NCBI GenBank assembly: GCA_963796685.1
Contig: CAWCMR010000025.1
Coordinates: forward strand, 640,001-704,000
DNA: 64,000 bases
Direction of reading: 5' to 3'
Source of the DNA: an uncultured delta proteobacterium
GTDB taxonomy: Bacteria > Myxococcota_A > Polyangia > Fen-1088
The notes below the pieces were generated by a model that searched no databases, had not been told where the DNA came from, and saw only the letters and a list, made by a program, of their open reading frames with translations. Positions 54,210 to 64,000 of this stretch are shown piece after piece. The position numbers and the translations under genes are program-made. Numbering within the stretch: position 1 is the first letter of the stretch; every line of letters begins with the position of its first letter.

Positions 54210-56723
54210 CTACCGCAAACACACGGCCAGCACCTGCTTGAGGTCCGTCTTGCCGGCGATGGCTTTCTCGATGCCATCTTGAAGCAGGGTCGTCATGCCA
54301 CCGGCCACGGCCTGCCTACGGATCTCCTCGACCGGAGCGCGCTTGGCCACGGCACGCTTGATGGGCTCGTCGGCAACGAGCAGCTCGTGCAGCGCGATCC
54401 GCCCCTTGTAACCGGTCTTGCTGCACATCTCGCAACCGGACGCGCGCCACAATTTGAAATCGCCCCGGTCGATCCCGCGAGAGGCCGCAGCCTCTTCGCC
54501 GAAGGCCTGAACGATCTCGGCCACCTCGTCCTTGTCCGCCACGTATTGCTCGCGGCACTTCTGGCAAAGCCCGCGCGCCAAACGCTGTGCCAGCACCCCC
54601 AGCAGGGCGTCGGCGAAGGTGAAGGGGTCGAGGCCCATATCCACCATGCGGGTGATGGTCTCGGGCGCACTGTTGGTGTGCAAGGTCGAGAACACCAAGT
54701 GACCGGTGAGCGACGCCTCCACGCCCGTGCTGGCGGTCTCCTTGTCACGCATTTCACCGACCATGATGACGTCGGGGTCGGCACGCAGGAAGGAACGCAT
54801 CGCCGCGGCGAAATCGAATCCGATCTTGGGCTGCACCTGTACCTGGCGCAGACCGGGTTGCGTGATTTCGACCGGATCCTCGGCCGTCCAGATTTTCATG
54901 TCGGTGGTGTTGATAGAGCCCAGCGCCGAGTGCAACGTGGTGGTCTTGCCCGACCCGGTCGGTCCCACGCAAAGAATCAGACCGTAGGGTTTGGCGATGA
55001 TGGCGCGCATCTCGCGCAAGTTGCGTTCGCTCATGCCCATTCCATCGAGGGGAATGGGCTTGGACGCGGCCAGGATGCGCATGACCACATCCTCGTTGCT
55101 GTTTACGGTGGGCAAGGTGGCGACGCGCAGCTCGATGGTCCGGTCGCGCATGCGGAATTTGATCTTGCCGTCCTGGGGCTTGCGCTTTTCCGAGATATCG
55201 AGGCGGGCCATGATTTTGAACCTGGCCACGAGCGGGTTGCGAAAGATCGCGGGAATCTCCTGGTAGGCAATGCAATCGCCGTCGATGCGGAAGCGGATAC
55301 GCGTGTTCTCTTCCTTGCCATAGGGTTCGATGTGAATGTCGGAGGCGCCACGCTGGAAGGCATCGATGATGACCTGGTTGGCGAGCTTGATGATGGCGCT
55401 GTCGGATTCCTCTTCCTCGCCGGCCTCGTCGTCGTCGCCCGCGTCCTCCACGGCGCCCGTGCTCTCGTCGGCGGACAGCTCTTTGATGAGGACGTTGACG
55501 TCGGACTTGAGCCCATAGGAATGCTCGATGCATGCCATGATCTCGTCGCGGAAACCGACGTGAATGGCGATCTCGCGATCGGTCTCTACCGAGCGGAGGG
55601 CATCGGCGCGCTGGATGTCGTGGGGATCGTCGATGACGACGACAAGTCGCGGCCCGCGGCGCTCGATCGGTACCGCGCCGATGCGGCGCAGGAATTCCAC
55701 GCGCAGACGCTGGCGGAGATCGTCCGGAATCGACTGCTGGGGCGTGAAGCGATAAAAGGGCACGCCATAGTAGGCGGATATGGCCTTCTCCACGTCGGTG
55801 CGGGCGATGCCGACTTTTTCGATGAGGAAGCGGCCTGGATCGATGGTCAACGACTCGGCCGAGGCCAGCGACCTGGCGAGCTGTTCGGGCTGCATGATCC
55901 CGGCCTGCACCAGATGGTCCCACTTGCTCGCGGGCCGCGACGACGGCCGTTCTTTCGTGGCATCGCGACCGGTGGCGGGTCCGGACGTCGCCGGCCGTGA
56001 GCCCACCTGCGGGGGCGGCGTGGCCGGCCGATTCGAGGTCGGGGTCGGCAACGTGGAAACGGACTCCTGCGAGGTGGAGAGACGACTGGCTGGCTCGGGG
56101 GCGAGCCTGGCAACGACCGGAACGGGCGCGGGCTCGACCGAGGTGCGCAGACCGAGCTGGGCGGCCAGGCTGCCCGCGACGACCTTGGCCACCTCGCCAG
56201 CATAGGCCACGTCCCGCGCCGGAAAGACGCTGGGCTCGTCGGTGCGATTGGCCACCAGAAGCACGCCCACTTCGTGCTCGCGGTCGAAGAGCGGCGCCAT
56301 GATCGCCGAGCGTAGGCGCAGGCCTAGCCACTGGTCGAGGCGATCGTCCGGACGCAGGCGGGGATGCAATCGCACCAGCTCGGCCAGATCCCACACATTG
56401 CGGATGCTGGCAGGCGCGCGCGCGGCCGCGGCCCAACCCACGAGGTTTGCGGGATCGCGCGGCAGGCGCAGCTCGCGTACGGAGTCGGCGACCCACGCCA
56501 CGGCCCGGAGGTGATTGTCGAGATCGGGGATGAAGACCGCCGCACGCTCCGCGGTGAAGAAGGCCGCCACGCGCTCCATTCCCTCGAAGAGCAGACTGTC
56601 GAGGGAGTCCAGCCCGGCCAGCGCGTTGCACAGTCCGGACAGCTGCGTGCGCTTCTCCGCCTGTGCGGATTCACCGCCAACCTGGCGCAACCACGTCGCG
56701 GCGTCCATGCTCCAATTCTCCAT
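54210..56723 (-). CDS. GAF-domain PilB/GspE-family secretion ATPase
   Basis: N-terminal GAF; ASDIHIEP, GPTGSGKTTTL, EDPVE, LRADPDVIMVGEMRD, STLHTN, CQKC..CEMC. Confidence 0.92.
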   Translation of the reverse strand: MENWSMDAATWLRQVGGESAQAEKRTQLSGLCNALAGLDSLDSLLFEGMERVAAFFTAERAAVFIPDLDNHLRAVAWVADSVRELRLPRDPANLVGWAAAARAPASIRNVWDLAELVRLHPRLRPDDRLDQWLGLRLRSAIMAPLFDREHEVGVLLVANRTDEPSVFPARDVAYAGEVAKVVAGSLAAQLGLRTSVEPAPVPVVARLAPEPASRLSTSQESVSTLPTPTSNRPATPPPQVGSRPATSGPATGRDATKERPSSRPASKWDHLVQAGIMQPEQLARSLASAESLTIDPGRFLIEKVGIARTDVEKAISAYYGVPFYRFTPQQSIPDDLRQRLRVEFLRRIGAVPIERRGPRLVVVIDDPHDIQRADALRSVETDREIAIHVGFRDEIMACIEHSYGLKSDVNVLIKELSADESTGAVEDAGDDDEAGEEEESDSAIIKLANQVIIDAFQRGASDIHIEPYGKEENTRIRFRIDGDCIAYQEIPAIFRNPLVARFKIMARLDISEKRKPQDGKIKFRMRDRTIELRVATLPTVNSNEDVVMRILAASKPIPLDGMGMSERNLREMRAIIAKPYGLILCVGPTGSGKTTTLHSALGSINTTDMKIWTAEDPVEITQPGLRQVQVQPKIGFDFAAAMRSFLRADPDVIMVGEMRDKETASTGVEASLTGHLVFSTLHTNSAPETITRMVDMGLDPFTFADALLGVLAQRLARGLCQKCREQYVADKDEVAEIVQAFGEEAAASRGIDRGDFKLWRASGCEMCSKTGYKGRIALHELLVADEPIKRAVAKRAPVEEIRRQAVAGGMTTLLQDGIEKAIAGKTDLKQVLAVCLR

Positions 56724-56894
56724 CGGTAACCTGAGGGTGAAACTGAAGGCCGCGTCGTTAGCGCATATGCAACAACCATCTGACGCAGGCCTACACTGGC
56801 AAGCCGGCGTAGGTTTTCCCTCGCATGCGTTGTCCCGCGACCACGGCCCGTTGTAGACTTCCCCGCCACTCCGGGTGAAAGGGAGCCACGGCCG

Positions 56895-58127
56895 ATGTCA
56901 GGAGAGACCATACTCGTCGTCGACGACAGCCCGACCATTTGCAAGCTCGTGGAGCTGTCGTTGACCAAGGCCGGCTTCCGCGTGGAAACCGCACGCACCG
57001 GGGAAGGCGGTATCGAGGCCGCGCAAGCCCACCCACCGGACCTCATCTTGCTCGACTTCCTGCTGCCGGACTTGAAAGGCGACGACGTGTGCCGCGCCAT
57101 CTCGGCCAACATGACCCTGGAAAAGATACCCGTGGTCGTGATGAGCGCCAAAGGCGAGGACATCGGCGAGTGCTTCGCGGTCATGACCAACGTCAAGAAC
57201 ATCATCTCGAAGCCTTTCTCGCCCGAGGCTCTCTTGGCAGTGGTCGGCCACACCCTGGAGAAGGTCGTCAAGAAACCGGATTCGTCCGAGGTCGAGACCG
57301 GTTCGGACAGCCGCATCGATCTGGCGACGTTGATCCCGGGGGAAGCCAAGGACGAGAGCCCGCCGCGCGCGCAACCGGATTTTGCCGCCGCCCTGGCCGG
57401 CGATCTCGCCATCGTTTCCGTCGCCGACGTGCTCCTCCTGCTGCAAGACCGCGGCTACACCGGCAGTGTGAATCTTTCGCACGGCCGTGCCCGCATGGAC
57501 ATCTACCTTGGCCAAGGTCGCGTGGACTTCGCCGGCGCCCAGGGTGTCGCCGAAGAATTCCTGCTCGGTCGCTTCCTGGTCAGCGGCGGGCACTTGGCGC
57601 CGGAGACGCTGGCGCAGGTCATCGAGGACAGGCGGCGCGACGGCAACACGCAGCTCCTGGGCGCCTACCTGTGCTCGCGCGGGCTGCTCGCGACCATGGG
57701 CTTGCGCAAGGCCATGGCCAAACAGACTGCGGCGCTGGTCTTCGAAAGCCTGCGCTGGGGCAGCGGCCGGTTCGCCTTCCGCCCCTTGACCGATCTGCCC
57801 GCGCAAGCGCGCGAAGCCGCCCTGTCGCTGCCGGTGGACGGCCTGATTCTCGAGGGCTTGCGCCGCGTGGAGGAATGGCGGGTCATCGAGCAGGAGATCG
57901 GCGACTTCGACATGACCTTCGTTCGTAACGAAGACAAGCTGGCGAGCTTCGGCCGCGGGCAACTGCTGCGCGAGGAAGCTGCCATCGCCGATCTGGTCAA
58001 CGGCCGCAACACCGTCCGCGACGTCATCCAGATTTCGAAACTGGGATCCTACGACGTCACCCAAGTGCTGTTCCGCCTGCTGCGTAGCAAGCTCATTCGC
58101 CGTCGGGTAGCGCCCATGGTCGTGTGA
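56895..58127 (+). CDS. Response regulator with DUF4388-like output
   Basis: LVVDDS, LILLD, KPF; LAGDL..DVLLLL..G..W..GRFAF. Confidence 0.85.
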   Translation: MSGETILVVDDSPTICKLVELSLTKAGFRVETARTGEGGIEAAQAHPPDLILLDFLLPDLKGDDVCRAISANMTLEKIPVVVMSAKGEDIGECFAVMTNVKNIISKPFSPEALLAVVGHTLEKVVKKPDSSEVETGSDSRIDLATLIPGEAKDESPPRAQPDFAAALAGDLAIVSVADVLLLLQDRGYTGSVNLSHGRARMDIYLGQGRVDFAGAQGVAEEFLLGRFLVSGGHLAPETLAQVIEDRRRDGNTQLLGAYLCSRGLLATMGLRKAMAKQTAALVFESLRWGSGRFAFRPLTDLPAQAREAALSLPVDGLILEGLRRVEEWRVIEQEIGDFDMTFVRNEDKLASFGRGQLLREEAAIADLVNGRNTVRDVIQISKLGSYDVTQVLFRLLRSKLIRRRVAPMVV

Positions 58128-58131
58128 CCCG

Positions 58132-58620
58132 ATGGCGATGGCTGCCCCCCTCGACGTGGTCTTTTTCGAGCTGCGCGGCTTGCGTTGCGCGCTCCCGCTG
58201 GGGGTCGTGCGCAAGGTGCTGCCCATGCGTGGTGTGACGCCCGTGCCGCTGGCCCCGGCCGTGGTGCGCGGGATTGCCCCGTTGCAGGGGTTCATCATGC
58301 CCGTGCTGGATCTCGCCGTGTGCTTTCAGCCCGCTGGCGACGAAATGGCCGAAGGTTCGGCCTATCGTTTTCCCAAGGACAAGCTGCTGCTCGTCGAGAC
58401 CGCGCCGGATGCGGGCCGGGAGGCCGTGCGCGTGGCCCTCGCCGTCGAACGCGTGGTGAGCATCGGCACCGTGGACGAGCAGCACAGCCGCGTCCCGCCG
58501 CCGCGTCCGACATTCCTATCGGCCACCGTGCTCGACGCCAACGGCCCGGCGCTCCTGCTCGACATGGAGCGCACCATCGATTATGTGCGCGATGCCATCA
58601 GCGCGGTCATTGAATCATGA
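58132..58620 (+). CDS. cheW: CheW-like coupling protein
   Basis: ALPL..VRKV..VTPVP.AP..VRGI..LQG.IMPVLDL, LAVERV, LLLD. Confidence 0.85.
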   Translation: MAMAAPLDVVFFELRGLRCALPLGVVRKVLPMRGVTPVPLAPAVVRGIAPLQGFIMPVLDLAVCFQPAGDEMAEGSAYRFPKDKLLLVETAPDAGREAVRVALAVERVVSIGTVDEQHSRVPPPRPTFLSATVLDANGPALLLDMERTIDYVRDAISAVIES

Positions 58621-59441
58621 ACGAAAACGAAGAACTCAAGGAATTGCTCGCGACCCTGCGAGCGGCGGAGCAAGGCGATCTCACCGTCCGGGTCAAGCCG
58701 GGCACGGGCGCTCTTGGTGACATCGCGCAAGCGATCAACGGTCTTCTGACCAGCTTGGAAGCGCGGGCCATGCGGATTTCGTTCGCGTCGACCTCGATCA
58801 TGCTGTCGGCGGAGGCCGCGGGCGACGCCCTGCCCGAAATCTCCGAGGGCATGTCCCGACAACAGGCTGCCGTCGCGGAGATCGCCCGCAAGCTGAAGTC
58901 GCTCGAGGCGCGTTCGGAAGAGGTCGGTCAGATCGTCGAGATGCTCGACGATGTCACCTCGGAAACCAACATCCTGTCGCTCAACGCGGCCATCGAGGCT
59001 TCGCGCGCGGGCGCGCAAGGCAAGGGCTTCGGCCTGGTGGCCGAGGAGGTGCGCAAGATGGCCGAGCGCGCGGCCACGGCCACCAAGGACATCGGCGCCT
59101 ATCTCGAAACCATCGCCACCGCCACCGGCGACGCGACCCGGGCCATCGAGAGCGTGCGCACCATTGCGGACCAACTCGCCACGCTTTCCGCGCGGGCCAA
59201 CAGCGAGGCAGGCGCGCGCGCGGAAATGCGCAGCATGCTCACCGACGCCCTTACACAGTTTCGCTTCGCCGCGCAGGGCGAGGCCGAGATCACCCGCATC
59301 CTGCACGAGCGGCGCGGTGAGCTTGCACGCGCGCTCGCGCCCTTCGCCCCCCTGCTGGCCAGCACCAGCTCGCCTCTCGGCGAGTCGTTGCGAACCGTGC
59401 TGACCGCCCTGGGTGAGAAACCGGCCGGGACGAAGGCGTAG
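58617..59441 (+). CDS. Small soluble methyl-accepting chemotaxis protein
   Basis: HAMP-like GDLTVRV..GDIAQAIN; tip TNILSLNAAIEASRAGAQGKGFGLVAEEVRKMAER; no TM. Confidence 0.88.
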   Translation: MNENEELKELLATLRAAEQGDLTVRVKPGTGALGDIAQAINGLLTSLEARAMRISFASTSIMLSAEAAGDALPEISEGMSRQQAAVAEIARKLKSLEARSEEVGQIVEMLDDVTSETNILSLNAAIEASRAGAQGKGFGLVAEEVRKMAERAATATKDIGAYLETIATATGDATRAIESVRTIADQLATLSARANSEAGARAEMRSMLTDALTQFRFAAQGEAEITRILHERRGELARALAPFAPLLASTSSPLGESLRTVLTALGEKPAGTKA

Positions 59442-59453
59442 GATCCTTCCGCC

Positions 59454-61742
59454 ATGGCGGTGAAATCCGATAATGGCGAGGGCAGCGGCGAGCATGGGGC
59501 GCTGCCCGAGTGGAACTCGGGCGAAACCGAGATGCTGCGCAGCCTCTTTCTCGAGGAAGCCGAAAAACACCTGGGTCGCATCACCGACGCGCAGAAATCG
59601 CTGGCGCGCGCATCCTCGACCACCCTCGACATTTCGCCCGACGTGGTGGACGTGCTGTTCCGCCACCTGCACACGCTCAAGGGCTCGGCCGGCTCGGTCG
59701 GCTTCGACGCCGTGGCCCGCGCAGCGCACGAGCTGGAGGAGCTGTGCATCGAGATCAGGCGTGGCCAGCTCGCGCCCACCTTCGGCATTCTCGAACGCAT
59801 CGACGAAGGCGTGGCCGAGATCCGCGCCTTGTTGAGCAGCGCACGCCTGGCCGTGCCCCCGCCTCGGCCGAGCGGTCCACCCGAGACCGCGACCGTGCCG
59901 CGCGAACCGATGGACCGCCGCCGCCCCACGGACCGCCGTGCCGTGGCGGATCGGCGCACGGGCGGCGAAGGCATGCTGCGTGTCGAGGTCGAGCGTCTGG
60001 ACGCCCTGCTCGAGAGCGTCGGCGATCTCGTGATCCTGCGCACGCGTCTAGACCGTCGCGTGCACGAGATGCGCAGCGTGCTACGCGATTTGGGCTCGAC
60101 CCGGCATGGCCTGCGCGCGGCCCAGGGCGCCCTGGCCGCCGATCTGCCCGCGCCCGCACGGCTGGAGGAGCTCGCCCGTCTGCTCGATCGGCTGGGCGAG
60201 ATCGACGTGGAGTTCACCGACGCGTTGTCGTTTCTCGACCGCACGGCACGCCGGTTGGCGGAGGACGCCGATTCCATGCGCACGACCTCGGAGTACATCG
60301 AGGAGCAGATCCGCCAGGCGCGGCTCGTCCCCCTCGAATGGGCGTTCTCGCGTCTGGGCTCGGCCCTGCGCGAGCTGGAGCGCAGCTGTCACCGGCAAGC
60401 CGACCTGACGGTGCAAGGCGGGGAGGTCGAGCTCGACAAGGCCATCGTGGATCAGCTCGTGGATCCGCTGTTGCATCTTCTGCGCAACGCCATGGCCCAT
60501 GGAATCGAACCCGCCTCCGTGCGCGCCGAGCGAGGCAAGCCGGCGCGCGGGCGCATCACCATTCGCGCGGCCCAGGAGGCGGACTTCGTGTACCTCACCT
60601 TCGAGGACGACGGAGGCGGCCTCGATCGCACGGCCATCCGCCGTGCCCTGCAGGCCTCGGGACAGCTCGACACGGGTGGCGAAGGCAGCGACGAGGATCT
60701 GACGAATGCCATCTTCGAGGCCGGTTTCTCGACGCGGGCCCAGTCGGATGCGCTGGCCGGACGCGGGATGGGCATGAACATCGTCAAGCGCGCGGTGGTG
60801 CGTATGGGCGGCGAGGTCAAGGTCGAGTCGCAGGCGGGTGCGTTCACGCGCTTCAAGCTGACCTTGCCCCTCGCTGGCGCCATCACCCAGGGGCTGCTCT
60901 TCAAGATCGGTGGGCAGGTGTACGCCGTGCCCGCGGCCCACGTCATCGAGGTCCTGCCCATCGGACACAATGTTCTTGCCAGCACGACCCCGCCGGCCTC
61001 GAACTCCAGCGGCGAGTTGCCCGCCATCGGCGGCGTCAGCGTGCCCATCCTCAGACTGCACGCCCTGCTCGGGCTGGAGCTGCCGCCCGGCCGCCACGCC
61101 GCCGCCTTGCACGTACGCTACGCCGGCCGCAACTTCCTCATCACCTGCGACAAGGTGATTGGCCCGCGCACCATCGTGGTCAGGCCGCCGGGACCGCTCA
61201 TCGGTCTGATTCCCTTCTATTCCGGCGTCACGGCCTCGGGCGCGGGCAAGGCCCAGCTTGTCCTCGATCTCGGTGCCCTGGCCGACGTGGCCTATGCCGC
61301 CGAAGTGCCCACCCCGGCCGGCCCGCGCCGCGGCCAGCCCCGCGTCCTGGTGGTCGACGATTCCCGCCTGTCCCGCGATGCCGGGGTGCGCCTGCTCGCC
61401 ACCGCTGGCTACCAATCGGTGGCCGCCGAAGACGGATGGGAAGCCTGGGAGGTCCTGAGCGAGCGCCGCTTCGACGCCGTGGTCACCGCGCTCGAGATGC
61501 CGCGGCTCGATGGCTTTCAGCTCATCGCCCGCATCCGTCGCGAAGCCACCCTGCGCGGCCTGCCCATCATCGTGCTCTCGTCGCGCACCTCGCAAGCCGT
61601 GCGCGAGCGCGCCCTGGCCGCGGGCGCCAACGTGTTTCTGCCGAAAAGCCGGCACCGCCGCAGCCTGGTCGCCGCCGTGGCCGCCTGCCTGCAAGAGCAC
61701 GAGGAGGGCGGACCGACGGCCAGCGAGGACGGACAGGGATAA
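59454..61742 (+). CDS. cheA: Hybrid CheA (Hpt, dimerisation, HATPase, CheW, receiver)
   Basis: HTLKGSAG, HLLRNAMAHG, DDGGG, IFEAGFST, GRGMG, C-terminal receiver LVVDDS. Confidence 0.92.
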   Translation: MAVKSDNGEGSGEHGALPEWNSGETEMLRSLFLEEAEKHLGRITDAQKSLARASSTTLDISPDVVDVLFRHLHTLKGSAGSVGFDAVARAAHELEELCIEIRRGQLAPTFGILERIDEGVAEIRALLSSARLAVPPPRPSGPPETATVPREPMDRRRPTDRRAVADRRTGGEGMLRVEVERLDALLESVGDLVILRTRLDRRVHEMRSVLRDLGSTRHGLRAAQGALAADLPAPARLEELARLLDRLGEIDVEFTDALSFLDRTARRLAEDADSMRTTSEYIEEQIRQARLVPLEWAFSRLGSALRELERSCHRQADLTVQGGEVELDKAIVDQLVDPLLHLLRNAMAHGIEPASVRAERGKPARGRITIRAAQEADFVYLTFEDDGGGLDRTAIRRALQASGQLDTGGEGSDEDLTNAIFEAGFSTRAQSDALAGRGMGMNIVKRAVVRMGGEVKVESQAGAFTRFKLTLPLAGAITQGLLFKIGGQVYAVPAAHVIEVLPIGHNVLASTTPPASNSSGELPAIGGVSVPILRLHALLGLELPPGRHAAALHVRYAGRNFLITCDKVIGPRTIVVRPPGPLIGLIPFYSGVTASGAGKAQLVLDLGALADVAYAAEVPTPAGPRRGQPRVLVVDDSRLSRDAGVRLLATAGYQSVAAEDGWEAWEVLSERRFDAVVTALEMPRLDGFQLIARIRREATLRGLPIIVLSSRTSQAVRERALAAGANVFLPKSRHRRSLVAAVAACLQEHEEGGPTASEDGQG

Positions 61743-61789
61743 AGACTCCTCCTCGACACGACCTCGAAATCCTGACAGGCTGCTCCGTC

Positions 61790-64000
61790 GTGAAGAAAAT
61801 ATCGTTGGCATTTGCCTTACTGATTGGGGTTTCGGCCAATGGCTTGGCCTGGGCAGAGACCATCGAGATTCCCGAGGGCGGCGCGTCCGTGCCCCTGGGA
61901 AGAAATCGCGTGCTGTGCGGCACCCTACCGCAGGGATGGACGACCGACGGCGCCCGCAAGACCATTCGACCGCCCGCCAACGCCGGCGAGGCCGACCGCC
62001 GCGCCGACATTTCCGTGGCGGAAGACACTGGGGCCTGCGCGCACGCCGCGACCCCGCTCACGGTCATCGTGACCGCCGTCTGGCCCGAGATCGATCCCGC
62101 CAGCGTCACCTGGTACCCCGACGAAGGACGTATCGAATACAAGGGCCGTCGGCTCGACCAAAGCCAGGTCGCCTGGCAGTCGGACAAGCTCAGTGGACAG
62201 GAGAGCTGCCTCGCGCCCACGGTGGTCGGAAAGACCGAGTCGTGCACGGTCCCCATCCATCGCAACCTGCCCGCAGACACGGTCCTGCGCTTGTTGCCCG
62301 CAGGTGCGAGCGCGGACAGCGACGTCATCAGCTACGACGTGCACGGCCAGCGCGTGGACACAGCGGCCTCCATCCTGCATCCCGCAAGCATCGTGCTCGG
62401 ACAGGTCTTCCCCGCGACGGACACCTTGGACGTGTCGCAAGGAACGGGAACCATACCCATCCCGCATCCAGGCAGTCTCTCGAGCGTCGATTGCGGCCTC
62501 GCCCGCTGCGAGCTCGGAGATGCGGAGATCGTCGTGCGTAGCGTCCCCTCGTTTGCCAAACAGCTCACCATCACCGCCCATCTCGCGCCTCGCTTCAGCT
62601 TCGTGCACGGCGGGAAGATCGAAAGCGGCGCCAGCGCCAGCTTCGCTCTTCTGCGTTGCCCGCTGTCGGTGGTATCGGGACCCCCGGTGCGCGAGAGCGA
62701 CGAATCCCAGATCCTGGTGAAGATGGATTTGCGCTGCCGGGGCACAACCAAGGTGCGCTGGTTGGTCGGGCTCGAGCCCGCCGAGGTGGTGCGCGAGGTC
62801 CTCAAGGACGACGGAAATTACGTCCTCCTGCGCACCGGCGAGCTCCCGGGCGGAAATATCCCCATCACCGTTTCACGCGCGGATTCCCTGGGATCGGTCC
62901 TCGGCACCGTGATCACGCCCACCGCCGCCCCGGTCCGTCCCCAGTCCACGCTGGAGCTTCCCGGCCACGGCGCGATCAACTTCATCCCCACCAACCGCGA
63001 GGCCATCTGGTCCGTGGCCGGGGTTCCCCACGCGCGCCTCGTGCCGCTCGACCTGCCCGGCGCCTACACCGTACGGACCGAGAACGGAACCACCTTCGTG
63101 AAGGGAGACAAGAATGGCGGCGGGTTCGTCAGCCTTCGCTACGGCTACCGCCGAATCGACATGCCCAAGGAGTTTGCCAATGTGAACTTGGCGATCATCA
63201 CCGAATCGGTACAGCGACCCCTGCGCGAAGCCAGCGTTCCGGTGCCCTTCACGGCGACCGCCGAGCACAAACAACCACTTGCGGAATTCATCTGCGCGAA
63301 CGCCGCCGGTGTGCCCCACGCCATTCCCCCGGGCCATCCCGTGCGCATCCCGTTCTCGGCCCGCGCCACCTGTCACGTCGTCATCGAGCAACAGCACCTG
63401 AGCCCCGAAGACGGACAGCAAGAGATCGTCCTCGAAGTCGAGGTGACCAAGGCGGACGGGTCCAAGCGAAGCGATGCCAGCATCAACGAACGCATGATTC
63501 TGCACCCAGGGGGGGAGGCGCGCAGCTTCTATCTTAAAGATGTCACGGGGCAGTTCGACCAGATCACGGTTCGCATCTCCCATGTGGCGGACGAGGCCCG
63601 GTATGTTCTGAGCGCCTTGTCGAAACAAGGACCGCCCTCCGTGCAATGGTCGGCCATCCTGGAAGGTGGCTGGGTGCGCCTCTCGGTCAGCCTGACCATC
63701 CCGGCCGGCCTGTATCGCATGAACGACCCCGTGGCATCCATGACCTTGAACTTCGGCGTGCTCGGCCGACTCACCTGGCTCGATCGCCAGGGCAAGGAGG
63801 GTCTGTTCGGACTCGAGCTCGGTGTCCTGGGCGCGAGCCTCATCCCGCAGCAGGACAACGGCAACGCGGCCTTTCCACGCACCCTGGAAACCCTGGCGGG
63901 CGTTGGCCTGCGCGTGGACATCGGCCAAGGCGCGGCCGTGGGCGTGCACCTGTGGGGAGCCTATGAATTCCGGAACGAATACGCGTACGCTCCGGATCCG
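61790..64000 (+). CDS. Large hypothetical secreted protein, runs off the window end
   Basis: Manual reading from GTG: VKKISLAFALLIGVSANGLAWA-ETIEIPEGG...; typical codon usage, no stop noticed; absent from the ORF track, consistent with an open end. Confidence 0.75.
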   Translation, partial: MKKISLAFALLIGVSANGLAWAETIEIPEGGASVPLGRNRVLCGTLPQGWTTDGARKTIRPPANAGEADRRADISVAEDTGACAHAATPLTVIVTAVWPEIDPASVTWYPDEGRIEYKGRRLDQSQVAWQSDKLSGQESCLAPTVVGKTESCTVPIHRNLPADTVLRLLPAGASADSDVISYDVHGQRVDTAASILHPASIVLGQVFPATDTLDVSQGTGTIPIPHPGSLSSVDCGLARCELGDAEIVVRSVPSFAKQLTITAHLAPRFSFVHGGKIESGASASFALLRCPLSVVSGPPVRESDESQILVKMDLRCRGTTKVRWLVGLEPAEVVREVLKDDGNYVLLRTGELPGGNIPITVSRADSLGSVLGTVITPTAAPVRPQSTLELPGHGAINFIPTNREAIWSVAGVPHARLVPLDLPGAYTVRTENGTTFVKGDKNGGGFVSLRYGYRRIDMPKEFANVNLAIITESVQRPLREASVPVPFTATAEHKQPLAEFICANAAGVPHAIPPGHPVRIPFSARATCHVVIEQQHLSPEDGQQEIVLEVEVTKADGSKRSDASINERMILHPGGEARSFYLKDVTGQFDQITVRISHVADEARYVLSALSKQGPPSVQWSAILEGGWVRLSVSLTIPAGLYRMNDPVASMTLNFGVLGRLTWLDRQGKEGLFGLELGVLGASLIPQQDNGNAAFPRTLETLAGVGLRVDIGQGAAVGVHLWGAYEFRNEYAYAPDP

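Overview
GC-rich chromosomal segment whose gene content (many Hanks-type Ser/Thr kinases, Gly-rich-linker lipoproteins, a MYXO-CTERM protein, ECF/FecR-TPR module, zinc-ribbon/TPR protein) points to a myxobacterium (inference). Ordinary content: CE15 glucuronoyl esterase, GH11 xylanase, trpBA, GNAT, two GT2s, M15 peptidase, kup, UbiD, DHODH-like, malQ, epimerase, ABC pair, GAF-PilB/GspE ATPase and a minimal Che cluster. The most unusual part is 37.1-46.8 kb. A ~960-bp diverged direct duplication brackets a stack of mobile DNA: an IS91/ISCR transposase fragment broken by a RIT (recombinase-in-trio) element, itself broken at the catalytic Arg-His codons of its recombinase genes by a second, complete RIT with 33-bp perfect inverted repeats and a palindromic terminal module. 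Next come an IS91-like pseudogene ending in an attC-like hairpin and two oriIS-like 54-bp repeats. Other notable items: a kinase-less paralog facing its kinase and sharing the C-terminus ERWLAH, a CheA receiver with Asp-to-Ala at the phospho-site, and an RRE/PqqD-like domain fused to a membrane-fusion protein. Five single-base indels in the first 18 kb look like sequencing errors. No rRNA, tRNA or CRISPR array was recognised. All family calls come from motif recognition by eye, not database searches.
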